Shown here: one piece after another, positions 1 through 8,417 of the stretch | Numbering within the stretch: the stretch's first letter is position 1 | Layout: each line of letters begins with the position of its first letter | Sequence record: NC_049851.1 | DNA: 64,000 bases | Direction: 5' to 3' (one strand) | Program-made: the position numbers and the translations under genes | Notes under the pieces: model-generated | The model's database searches: none | What the model was told of the DNA's origin: nothing | What the model saw: only the letters and a program-made list of their open reading frames with translations

Positions 1-120
1 AGCATCTGCTGTGTGGCAGGCACCGACCATGAAGTACGCGATCTGAAAATCATGGTTTTGTCGATTAGTTTTGTATTGCATAAGTCCTAATTTTAGAGTA
101 TCACACAACAGGAGAAAATC

Positions 121-1062
121 ATGCTGCTCTTCAACCCACTCTGGAACAACATAAACAAACCGTGGGGCGTTGGGCGTGCCGTGTTCGGTGGTGGTTCAAG
201 TTCTGCATTCAACGGCACGAACGTTATCCGCCAGTACACGTTTGCGACCAACACGTGGGCATCGTCCACGACCCTGACATTCGCCCCATACTACGTGGCC
301 GCAGGCGGCAACGAAACTGAAGCGATCTTCGGCGGCGGTCAGGTCACAACTCCGTCGCCGGGTCCAACCAACACCACCAACAAGTACAACTACAACGCAA
401 ACGTCTGTGCAGTTGGAACTAACTTGGCCCGAACGCGGTCGAACGCGGCTGGTACAGCAGACGCCAACAATGCTTACTTCTTGGGCGGGGCTGGTGTCAC
501 GATCACCGAACTGTACAACTTCTCGTCAGACACCGTTAGCGATGGCGGCGCTATCAACAACCCTCCCTACAAGCAAGGGGCAGCGGCCGGTAATGACACG
601 CAAGCTGCTATTCTTGGGGCCGACAGCGGAGCGGGTGCCAACAACGTTACAATCTACAACTACGCTGCTGGCTCTACGAGCCCGGGCCCCAGCCTCGCAA
701 ATGGCTTGCAGAGCAGCAGCGCCTGCGGGCTCCCAAGCATGGGCCTGTACGGCGGTGGTTACGATAACACGGCCGCTGCGCGTACTGCTGCCACGTGGAA
801 GTACACGTACGGTGCGGGCACCCTAGTTTCTGGGACCGCGCTTAGCGTACCGCGTAACCTGCTGGCCGCCACTAACTCCGACAAGACCGGAGTGTTCGGC
901 GGTGGTATCGGTGATGCCAACGGATCGTATTACTCCACGGTCGACCTGTACGCGTTTGCCACAGACACGGTAACAACAGGCGCGAGTCTTGGGACTCCCA
1001 CAAACGACTTGGCTGCGGCCTCGTCTCCTAACGGTGGACTCACGCCCCCGACAACGCCTTAA
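121..1062 (+). CDS. Kelch-like six-bladed beta-propeller protein, probably virion/adhesion-associated
   Basis: Six ~48-aa repeats (AVFGGG, AIFGGG, AYFLGG, AAILGA, GLYGGG, GVFGGG, each followed by Y-x-Y/F and G-x-x-L); RBS AGGAG upstream. Confidence 0.65.
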   Translation: MLLFNPLWNNINKPWGVGRAVFGGGSSSAFNGTNVIRQYTFATNTWASSTTLTFAPYYVAAGGNETEAIFGGGQVTTPSPGPTNTTNKYNYNANVCAVGTNLARTRSNAAGTADANNAYFLGGAGVTITELYNFSSDTVSDGGAINNPPYKQGAAAGNDTQAAILGADSGAGANNVTIYNYAAGSTSPGPSLANGLQSSSACGLPSMGLYGGGYDNTAAARTAATWKYTYGAGTLVSGTALSVPRNLLAATNSDKTGVFGGGIGDANGSYYSTVDLYAFATDTVTTGASLGTPTNDLAAASSPNGGLTPPTTP

Positions 1063-1331
1063 TGCCTGTTGCTATAGAGGTAGGGGAATGCGATGGACTT
1101 CCACGCACCCCTTTCCAGCGGAGACGAGAACTCAAACTCCGGATCACCCACGGCTCCGCGCACGGCCGCCAGAATGATGTCACCACACGGGGAACCAGCA
1201 GCGCGCAGCATCAGCAGGTTGCTGATAAACGAGCCCCACAGTTCCGCAGGCGCGTGCGAATAGCCCGGCTTGAGCGGTGCTTCGCTTTCCGTGAATACCT
1301 GATCTGCAATCATGTCGACTCCCATAAACAA
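1059..1331 (-). CDS. hypothetical protein
   Basis: ORF directly downstream of a sigma70-type promoter; exact start uncertain. Confidence 0.55.
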   Translation of the reverse strand: MFMGVDMIADQVFTESEAPLKPGYSHAPAELWGSFISNLLMLRAAGSPCGDIILAAVRGAVGDPEFEFSSPLERGAWKSIAFPYLYSNRH

Positions 1332-1340
1332 AGAACCCCC

Positions 1341-1369
1341 AGTCTAGCTGGGGGTTTTTCATTTGTCAA
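1341..1369 (-). promoter_or_regulatory. sigma70-type promoter overlapping a hairpin
   Basis: TTGACA-17 bp-TAGACT on the minus strand; inverted repeat AACCCCCAG/CTGGGGGTT at 1334-1356. Confidence 0.7.
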
Positions 1370-1375
1370 CCGCTT

Positions 1376-2113
1376 TTACAGCGACGCGTCGAGATAGCCG
1401 TACTCGTAACCGACCCCCGCCAAAGTGAGCGAGAACCCCATCGAGAAACGAAATGCCACGTATTTGGCGGTTCGTTCAATGTCGGGATAGCGGTCTTCCT
1501 TCAGCTGGGCCGGAGGCCCCTTATAGACACGCGTACGGTGGAAGTCACCGATGCTGATGGCGCTCACGGTCATGGCTTCGGTCGGGTCAAGAACCTCGTT
1601 CTCTCGCGTCTCGTTGAGGGTGATGCGCTGAATGCCACAGTCGAAGTTGGAAATCAGATCGAGAAGATCGTCATTCTGTGCCACGACCGCATAGGTGTTC
1701 GGGGTCGTGAGACGCGACGCCAGATCACGCGAAGTCGCTTCGACGATTGGGGTGCGCCCCTGACGGATCAGGTTCATGGCCATGCGCTCGACGCCAATGC
1801 GTAACGAATCGACCAAACCCGTGATCCTTTCGCGGGTCTTGGTTTCGTCGTCACTGTACAGAAACGCCGGACACACGCTGACGTGAACGGTCTTGGTTTC
1901 GCTGGTTTCAGCAACCTGCTCGATCCGCGTCGGGCTTATGACACGATAGGTGCCGGGCGTTGCGACCACGGGTGCTCCGGACGGACGGAACAGTGAAAGA
2001 ATCTTCGACGACGCTACGTTAGCATCGATCTCGTCACAGAGGATTTCCGCAACGTGTTCATACTTCTGCTTGTGTAGTAGTTCAACTACTTGGTCTACGG
2101 TACTGGGACTCAA
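1376..2113 (-). CDS. hypothetical protein, weak capsid (HK97-fold)-like pattern
   Basis: 245-aa ORF with phage-like codon usage; fold suggestion by eye only. Confidence 0.55.
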   Translation of the reverse strand: MSPSTVDQVVELLHKQKYEHVAEILCDEIDANVASSKILSLFRPSGAPVVATPGTYRVISPTRIEQVAETSETKTVHVSVCPAFLYSDDETKTRERITGLVDSLRIGVERMAMNLIRQGRTPIVEATSRDLASRLTTPNTYAVVAQNDDLLDLISNFDCGIQRITLNETRENEVLDPTEAMTVSAISIGDFHRTRVYKGPPAQLKEDRYPDIERTAKYVAFRFSMGFSLTLAGVGYEYGYLDASL

Positions 2114-2163
2114 TGTCGCTCCTGATGTGGAAAGGGGCCCGGTTTCCCGAGCCCCGTTGCGTT

Positions 2164-3630
2164 TTACAGCACGATCAGGTCAGTGTTGTGCGCGTAAGGC
2201 TGCGCAAACCGCTTTGCCAGTTCGGCCCCGGCTTCGGCCGCCGCACGCACCTCACTGAACGTCTGCTCGTTGAACAGCTTGCCGTCTTCGTAGACAGTGC
2301 GCAGGATGTTTTCCCGAGCCCCGAGTTCCGACGACTGAATGACTTCGAGGATGCCGCTCTCGTTGCGGACCACCGCGAGGTGCCCCTTGAGCGACTTCTT
2401 CGACGACGCAGTGATCGGGTCCTTCATAATCCCGGTCCATGCCTCGCGGCCATTCGTGACAGCACTTGCCTTCTGGGCGTGACCCAGTACATCCCGGTTG
2501 GTGGCTTGAAGCAGTGCGCCACCCATGCCGAATGCTACGTTCTCGGCACTGAACCCATGGAGTTCGAGGGCCCGCAGAATCGCGATGATCGAATCACGGT
2601 TCACACCGTCACCCTGAATCACACGCACGCTCGGATGGAGCACCTTGAAGCCCTTGCTGTTGGTCGTCGTCCCGAAGCTTGCGGCCAGCGACTTGACGCA
2701 GTACAGCACCACGGAAACCGGGTCTCCCGAGTCCGGGCGAATGACGACACGCCCACCCTTCGACAAGACCTTCTCCTTCAACTGCTTGCCCCAGATGTTG
2801 TCGACAGCATTGTAGATGTCGTATGCATCCGAGACGCAGGCATACACGCGCCCTTCCCCACCGAACTTGTCGATCATGTTCGAGTAGGCGTCGGCTTCGC
2901 GGTCGCGACCCCACGAAGTCACCGTGAAGTGCTCCATGGCCGGGATCGAGAAACCAGCGGCAGTTTCGTCGTAGTAACGACGAGCCGCCACCAGTGCCGG
3001 AACCGTATCGGTCCCGAGGAAGTTCACGAGGTGGGCCATGCCACCCAGTGCTGCCGTTTGCACCGACGATGCGCCACGTGCTCCGAAGTCGTGCAGCATA
3101 AACTTAACTGCGGACTCAGGATCGTCACACGTGCGGTTGAGAAACGCGCGCAGGTCCTGCTTGATGTGCCACGAGAGCGTTGCGACAGCCGTTGCGTACC
3201 ATACAGCGCGCAACAGTCGCGTCTCCATGAACTGACCGAGTTCTGCGAGTCCCGGAGCCGTGTTCCGCACTTGGTAATACGGGACGTGGTTCGGGACGAG
3301 CGTACCCTCGGGCAGAGCCGAAATGCTCACGGGCGGAAGACCACCGTGCTCGTTGACGATACGCATGAACTGCTCGTACGGGAACGTTCCCGAGTGAGCC
3401 ATCGCGATATCACGAGCCTCTTCTACTTGTTCGCGCGTCAGCGGGTTTGCCACGATATTCCGCAACTCTGCCTGAAGGCCGAAGAAGATGGAAGCGCGGT
3501 ATTCCTTGTCCGACCGTGCCGAGCAGTACGACGATGCGAACTGGACTCCGGCCGGAAGCTGCTCCGAATGGCTCCATTTGTAGCTGTCGGTGTCGAGCGC
3601 GAACGAGATAGCGAGATTGGTATTTTCCAT
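2164..3630 (-). CDS. nadV: nicotinamide phosphoribosyltransferase (NAMPT)
   Basis: Motifs DTDSYKWSH, HDFGARG, SIPAMEH, VSDAYD, IRPDSGDP, VIQGDG, FGMGGALLQ; start set at ATG 3630 behind GGAG. Confidence 0.95.
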   Translation of the reverse strand: MENTNLAISFALDTDSYKWSHSEQLPAGVQFASSYCSARSDKEYRASIFFGLQAELRNIVANPLTREQVEEARDIAMAHSGTFPYEQFMRIVNEHGGLPPVSISALPEGTLVPNHVPYYQVRNTAPGLAELGQFMETRLLRAVWYATAVATLSWHIKQDLRAFLNRTCDDPESAVKFMLHDFGARGASSVQTAALGGMAHLVNFLGTDTVPALVAARRYYDETAAGFSIPAMEHFTVTSWGRDREADAYSNMIDKFGGEGRVYACVSDAYDIYNAVDNIWGKQLKEKVLSKGGRVVIRPDSGDPVSVVLYCVKSLAASFGTTTNSKGFKVLHPSVRVIQGDGVNRDSIIAILRALELHGFSAENVAFGMGGALLQATNRDVLGHAQKASAVTNGREAWTGIMKDPITASSKKSLKGHLAVVRNESGILEVIQSSELGARENILRTVYEDGKLFNEQTFSEVRAAAEAGAELAKRFAQPYAHNTDLIVL

Positions 3631-3707
3631 GATTTGCAACTCCTGTTGCTGAAAGGTTGAGAAACCGTGTGCTCTTGCTCACGGGTACTACGGCACTGCT
3701 CACGCGC

Positions 3708-4031
3708 TCACTCTTGGAGTCGCGCTTCTTCTGACGGCAGGCCAATGTCTTTTGCACCGGCCGCCGCCAACTCCTTGATCCTGTTGATCGTTGTTTCCTT
3801 CATGGAGACATACGAACGCCTTCCGTCTTCCGTGCGCACGGGCACCAGACGCGACTTCGGGAACTTGTTGATAGCGCAGTCCATCGCATCGTGGATGATA
3901 GGTGTCGGGGCCGTTCGGAGACCACGACATGCTGCCTGATCCTTCGGCATGAACTGCCACGCAGGCGGCCCATCGATGATTCGGATTTGAGCGTTGTCCG
4001 GAAATTCGAAAGTTGCCACGCACACCCCCAT
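3708..4031 (-). CDS. Bro-N-like DNA-binding protein
   Basis: FEF..QIRIIDG.P.WQF..KD.A...GL and V.T.DG.R...E pattern resemble the Bro-N domain; has its own promoter. Confidence 0.5.
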   Translation of the reverse strand: MGVCVATFEFPDNAQIRIIDGPPAWQFMPKDQAACRGLRTAPTPIIHDAMDCAINKFPKSRLVPVRTEDGRRSYVSMKETTINRIKELAAAGAKDIGLPSEEARLQE

Positions 4032-4049
4032 GAATTAAACAGTACAGCT

Positions 4050-4078
4050 ATTCTGCCAGACTTCGGTCGATCAGTCAA
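4050..4078 (-). promoter_or_regulatory. sigma70-type promoter
   Basis: TTGACT-17 bp-CAGAAT. Confidence 0.5.
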
Positions 4079-4081
4079 ACA

Positions 4082-5188
4082 TTAATCGACAGGGATGAGA
4101 TCGATCATCTTCTGGACGATGAAGAAGTGGTCGCTGTACATTTCCTTCGGGTCCAGCAGGCCGAGCGGCACCCACCGAACTTCCGCGAAGTCGTCGTCGG
4201 CCTTCACCTCGATCAGCTTCTCTGCGTCGTTCAGCAGGTACAGGTAGGCGTGCGTGACGATACGACCACGCGTCTCGCCACGGTTCGGGTCCGAGAACAC
4301 ATGCTTGAATCGGAAAGCCAGCTTCATCGTGTCACGGCTCACCCGAATGCACGTCTCTTCGACAGCTTCACGGCACGAAGTGTTGAAGATGGTTTCGCCT
4401 GCGTGGGCAAACCCACCCGGCAGCGCCCACAGGCCCTTGCCCGGATTGAACTTGCGTCGCCCCAGCAGAACGTGGCCACTCTGGATGATCACCGAGTCTG
4501 CCGTCGTCATGATCGGCGCGTAGCTCTTGCCCTTGCCATCGCGACCACGGTAGCCGTGCTCTTCCAGATACTCCTTCGAGAACTTGATCTCGGCGTTGAG
4601 CGCGTCGATCACGTCGAGGTGTGCCCAGCCCCAGTGTTTGAGATAGGATTTCACTTCCGGATGCACGAGTTCCGTGATATCCGTGATGCCCTGTTCCCAA
4701 CACTGACCGCCACCGAACAACAGGTTGCGGACCGTCGTTGCGTCCAGCACTTCTCCGTTGACATTGAAACTGTTGACGCAGCGCGAATCCCACTGCGGGA
4801 ACTTCTTCAGGTAGTAGGACGAGTCGTCCTTCGAGTGGCCGATCAATCGGACCTCGACCTCGTGACCGCCAGCCCGAATCATCTGCACGTAGCGGTCGAC
4901 CTCGCGATGCACGGCCGCCATCCACTTGAAGTCGTTCTCGTGGAGGAAGTCGTCCAGCGTTTCGAACGCGATCTTGCTCACATTCTCCTGCTCACCATAG
5001 ACGGCGCGAAGCATGTCGATCACTTCGCATGCGGTCCACGGATTCTTGACGGTGCGCGGACGGTTTGCCGAGCCCACCAGAACCAACGTCAGGTCCGAGA
5101 TCGCAAGACTCGTATCGATGATCTGCTGGTGGCCGAGGTGGAGAGGGCGAAAGCGGCCGATGAAGACCGAAAGTTTCTTGATGCTCAT
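4082..5188 (-). CDS. nadM: bifunctional NMN adenylyltransferase / ADP-ribose Nudix hydrolase (NadM-Nudix)
   Basis: FIGRFRPLHLGH (HxGH), GSAN, KNPWT; Nudix box GGFAHAGETIFNTSCREAVEET. Confidence 0.93.
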   Translation of the reverse strand: MSIKKLSVFIGRFRPLHLGHQQIIDTSLAISDLTLVLVGSANRPRTVKNPWTACEVIDMLRAVYGEQENVSKIAFETLDDFLHENDFKWMAAVHREVDRYVQMIRAGGHEVEVRLIGHSKDDSSYYLKKFPQWDSRCVNSFNVNGEVLDATTVRNLLFGGGQCWEQGITDITELVHPEVKSYLKHWGWAHLDVIDALNAEIKFSKEYLEEHGYRGRDGKGKSYAPIMTTADSVIIQSGHVLLGRRKFNPGKGLWALPGGFAHAGETIFNTSCREAVEETCIRVSRDTMKLAFRFKHVFSDPNRGETRGRIVTHAYLYLLNDAEKLIEVKADDDFAEVRWVPLGLLDPKEMYSDHFFIVQKMIDLIPVD

Positions 5189-5259
5189 GTGCAACTCCTG
5201 TTGCTAGTGGGTTAAAAGCGAGGCTCTTGCCTCACCTACTCTTTACTACGGGGCCCAGT

Positions 5260-5520
5260 TTAAACCGAAACCCCAAGAAGTTCAAGCTCACCTTTCGTGA
5301 TCTTGATCTTCAGTCGCGTAACCGCCAGTTCCTTCTGGGCACTACGGATGTCGTAGGCCGCGCGGTACGAGATTTGGGACGATTCGTTGAGAAGGTCGAC
5401 GAGCGCCGTGGTGTCGGCCTCAAGCCCGACCTCGATGATCGAGAGTTTGCGCAGGCGGCGCTTCAGGATCGCGATCTTGAATTTCTTGAACATATGAAAA
5501 AGCCCCTGTGGTTTAGACAA
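5260..5520 (-). CDS. hypothetical coiled-coil protein
   Basis: ORF downstream of promoter TTGACG-16-TAGAAT (5527-5554). Confidence 0.55.
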   Translation of the reverse strand: MSKPQGLFHMFKKFKIAILKRRLRKLSIIEVGLEADTTALVDLLNESSQISYRAAYDIRSAQKELAVTRLKIKITKGELELLGVSV

Positions 5521-5545
5521 GGGCTTATTCTACAGCAACAACGTT

Positions 5546-7444
5546 TTACGTCAAGTACTTCGTGGTGAATTGCGCCCACGTCATGGCTTTCGATCCAGCC
5601 TTCTCGATCTTGCCCACGAACTTCGCGCCTTCACGGTACAGCAGCACCGTCATCTTCGAGCCGTAGGGCACAACCGTGCCGCCCAGACTTTCGACTTTGG
5701 CCTCTTCGTCCTTTGAACGGTAGCTCGTCCATGCGACGTTGACGCCCGCCAACTTGGTGCCTGATGCCTGCTTCTTCTGCGGCAGATCGCCGTCGATCTT
5801 GATCATGCCTTTGAGCGGCCGATACCATTTGCGGAACTCATACACGCCCTTGACCAGAACTTCGATGGTGGCGTGTTTGAACCCACGAATCTTCCCGACC
5901 TCGTTCCAGATGCCGTGCCTGTCGAGGTTGCAAAGCGTTTTCATGCTCATGCCTGCCTCTTCAAGCTGTGCCAGTTTCCGGACACCCATACCGCCTTCGG
6001 TGAAGCAACCGCTTGCCACCATCAGGGACTTGAGCGAGACCGGAGCGCATAGCACACGCTTCAGTTCCCGCATCATCTTCGGCCACTGTGCCTTTCCGAA
6101 CTCGGCAATGCATCCAGCCTCGAACGCCGATGGCAGCGGCTGTGTCGCCACCTGCACCAACTTGTCGGTCGTCGTGATGCCCATATCGTACAGCTTGGCC
6201 AACGACTTCTCCGCGAACTGCTCGATGCCGAGCGTCGTGCAGAAGAAGTGCAGGCGACGCACGTCTGTCACCGTCGTGTCATTGTCGAGTGCATACACGA
6301 ACCGACCACGGAACTCATACGGGCCCGGGGGCGGCGTCCATGCCGCGCGCTTGACCGTCCCCACGATCTTCGGGATCACGTCGCCCGAGCGCAGAATCCG
6401 GACAAGCGCCCCCACACCGATACCCTTCTCCTTCATCCACGTTGCATTGTGGGCCGTTGCCTGCGTTACAGTCACACCGTCGATCTCAATAGGTTTGATC
6501 TTGATCTTCGGTTGCCAGCGGCCGAGGCGCGTCTTCTTCCACTGGATGGCAATCACCTCTACCACATCGGCGTTTGCTTCGTCATTGACCTTGAACGCGA
6601 ACATTCGCTTTGGCTTGTCCGCGCTATCGTAGTCCATCACGAAGTCCACGGGGCTCACAACAAACCCGTCCAGCCGGTATGGGCTCAGGTAGCGCGCCTT
6701 GTTAAGCTGCTCCGTCAGGTACGCAGCATCCAGCTTGTCCAGACGGCCATAGGTAACGACCTCGAACCCCCACGTGTCTGCGTTCTTGAGGCTGCGCAGC
6801 AACAGCGTTTCGTCCGCATTCGGGTATATGCCGAGCACGACCAGTGACACGTCCTTGAGAGCCCGTGACGACCACGACCGGTTGAACAGGCCGTTGACCA
6901 TAGCCCGTGCGTTCTCGAACCCGTTCTCACCTGCTGCCTGCTTGCTGTACTTCTTCTGGAACTTCTCGTCGGCCATCAGGGCTTCGAGGCGCAACACGGT
7001 CTGCGCCTTAGTCGGGATAGTGGCCGGGATACGCTTGTATTCCACCAGTTTCGGGATCAGGTACGACACGTCGCGCCCAACCTCACCGTCACCACGGGTG
7101 ATCAGCATTCTGGGCTTGCGGCCCTTATACACGAGTTGCAGGCTCGTGCCGTCCAGCTTAGACATCCCGAAGTACTTGGTGGTCGAGGGCTCGCGCTTTG
7201 CGAACTTGGGCACGTCTTCCGGATACGCCTTTTCCAAGCTTGGCATAAAGTGCACGAGTTCGACCGCTTCCTTCTCGTCCGCTATACGTACGCCAGTCTG
7301 GTCGAGTTCTTTCCAGTCCGGCGCACGTTTGCGAAGCTGGTCTTCGAGGTGATCGAATTCCGGATCGCTGATAATCTCCTTCTCTTCGTTGTAGTACGCC
7401 CACTTGGCGCGCACGTACAACTCCTTCATTTCAGAAAGCTTCAT
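5546..7444 (-). CDS. ligA: NAD-dependent DNA ligase
   Basis: YYN..EIISDPEFDHL, MPSLEK, KLDG adenylation motif, TRGDGEVG, RSGDVIPKI, C-terminal BRCT-like region; start at ATGA overlap 7441-7444. Confidence 0.93.
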   Translation of the reverse strand: MKLSEMKELYVRAKWAYYNEEKEIISDPEFDHLEDQLRKRAPDWKELDQTGVRIADEKEAVELVHFMPSLEKAYPEDVPKFAKREPSTTKYFGMSKLDGTSLQLVYKGRKPRMLITRGDGEVGRDVSYLIPKLVEYKRIPATIPTKAQTVLRLEALMADEKFQKKYSKQAAGENGFENARAMVNGLFNRSWSSRALKDVSLVVLGIYPNADETLLLRSLKNADTWGFEVVTYGRLDKLDAAYLTEQLNKARYLSPYRLDGFVVSPVDFVMDYDSADKPKRMFAFKVNDEANADVVEVIAIQWKKTRLGRWQPKIKIKPIEIDGVTVTQATAHNATWMKEKGIGVGALVRILRSGDVIPKIVGTVKRAAWTPPPGPYEFRGRFVYALDNDTTVTDVRRLHFFCTTLGIEQFAEKSLAKLYDMGITTTDKLVQVATQPLPSAFEAGCIAEFGKAQWPKMMRELKRVLCAPVSLKSLMVASGCFTEGGMGVRKLAQLEEAGMSMKTLCNLDRHGIWNEVGKIRGFKHATIEVLVKGVYEFRKWYRPLKGMIKIDGDLPQKKQASGTKLAGVNVAWTSYRSKDEEAKVESLGGTVVPYGSKMTVLLYREGAKFVGKIEKAGSKAMTWAQFTTKYLT

Positions 7445-7632
7445 TCCACAATCCCGTTGTCTTCGACATGCTTCACGAATTGCGTGATCTCGGTCCACGC
7501 GCGATCAAACTTCGGATCGCTGTTCCAGTAGGTGCCAAGCAACGCATCCATTTCGCCCTTGGCACGCGCCCACGCTTGTGCGCGCATCGTCTTGAGTAGT
7601 TGTTCGTTACAGATGGACAATCGTTTCTCCAT
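7441..7632 (-). CDS. hypothetical protein (63 aa)
   Basis: ORF translationally coupled to the ligase (ATGA overlap). Confidence 0.55.
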   Translation of the reverse strand: MEKRLSICNEQLLKTMRAQAWARAKGEMDALLGTYWNSDPKFDRAWTEITQFVKHVEDNGIVE

Positions 7633-7637
7633 AGTCA

Positions 7638-7663
7638 AAGGGCGGCTCCGAAGAACCGCCCTT
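7638..7663 (-). terminator. rho-independent terminator-like hairpin
   Basis: AAGGGCGG/CCGCCCTT stem just after the ACP-like gene. Confidence 0.55.
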
Positions 7664-7669
7664 GGGGGC

Positions 7670-7921
7670 TTACACCTCTGCGTGTTCCTCGATGTACTCC
7701 GCAAACTGCTGCGGCGTCTGGAGCGTCACGGTCTCGGTGTTGTACTGCTCTTCACCGAAGCTCATGCTGAACTCGTCTTCGAGGGCCATCAGAAAGTCGG
7801 TCAGGTCGAGATCGTCGAAATGGTTCAGAAGTTTTGTGCCCGGAACCACGATCACCGCGTCGTCGCGCAGCAGGTCTTGGGCTTCTTGCATTACGACCGT
7901 CAGAATCTGATGAAAATCCAC
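7670..7921 (-). CDS. acyl carrier protein-like protein lacking the phosphopantetheine-attachment serine
   Basis: 83 aa, acidic; FDDLDLTDFLMALEDEF matches ACP DSLDxxExxMALEEEF with S->D; GTG start behind AGGAA. Confidence 0.75.
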   Translation of the reverse strand: MDFHQILTVVMQEAQDLLRDDAVIVVPGTKLLNHFDDLDLTDFLMALEDEFSMSFGEEQYNTETVTLQTPQQFAEYIEEHAEV

Positions 7922-7956
7922 TTGCTTGTTTCCTTTGCTTCGGTTGATGGTTGGTG

Positions 7957-8409
7957 TTACTTGATGCCGAGGATTCGGCGGTCTTCGGCACTCAGGCCGT
8001 CCAGCAGTTCTTTACGACGGACCGCGTCCCGCTTCTGCGCGTCACGCTGTTCTTCCAGATACGCCATCGACCGGTCGAAAACCTCGAACTCCCAGTCTTC
8101 GGATGCCACGTTGATGAACTCCGTGGTTTCTTCGGTGTGGCTGAAGTTGCCTTGAACGTCAAGGCATACCATCGGGAATTCAATGTCGAAGCCCGGATAC
8201 AGAAGCGTTGCGCCGTACGCGAACGGATTCTTGATCGCGAATCGCACGTCGAAGCCGAGTGCGGCAGCGCGTACCATGGCCGCCCAGACGCGCGGCTCGT
8301 TGGCCTTCAACTTCTCTTCACGTTCGCGCTGGGCCGCGTCCACCATAGCCTGCGTCTCGGCCTTGGTGCGCATGCTGCGGGCACGCGGGGTCACTTTCTT
8401 AGTTGCCAT
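7957..8409 (-). CDS. hypothetical protein
   Basis: 150-aa ORF with RBS. Confidence 0.65.
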   Translation of the reverse strand: MATKKVTPRARSMRTKAETQAMVDAAQREREEKLKANEPRVWAAMVRAAALGFDVRFAIKNPFAYGATLLYPGFDIEFPMVCLDVQGNFSHTEETTEFINVASEDWEFEVFDRSMAYLEEQRDAQKRDAVRRKELLDGLSAEDRRILGIK

Positions 8410-8417
8410 GATGCTCC

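Noticed and set aside
2113-3660. Long antisense ORFs (also 13417-15072, 25400-27367, 30557-32335, 60925-62148)
   Set aside because: They are shadow frames of GC-rich genes with clear family motifs on the opposite strand; they have no RBS or motif support.
2164-5188. NARP1-type (Adps/Namat) NAD pathway
   Set aside because: No PRPP-synthetase-like gene in the window; the partner is an NMN adenylyltransferase, which fits the two-step NAMPT/NMNAT route.
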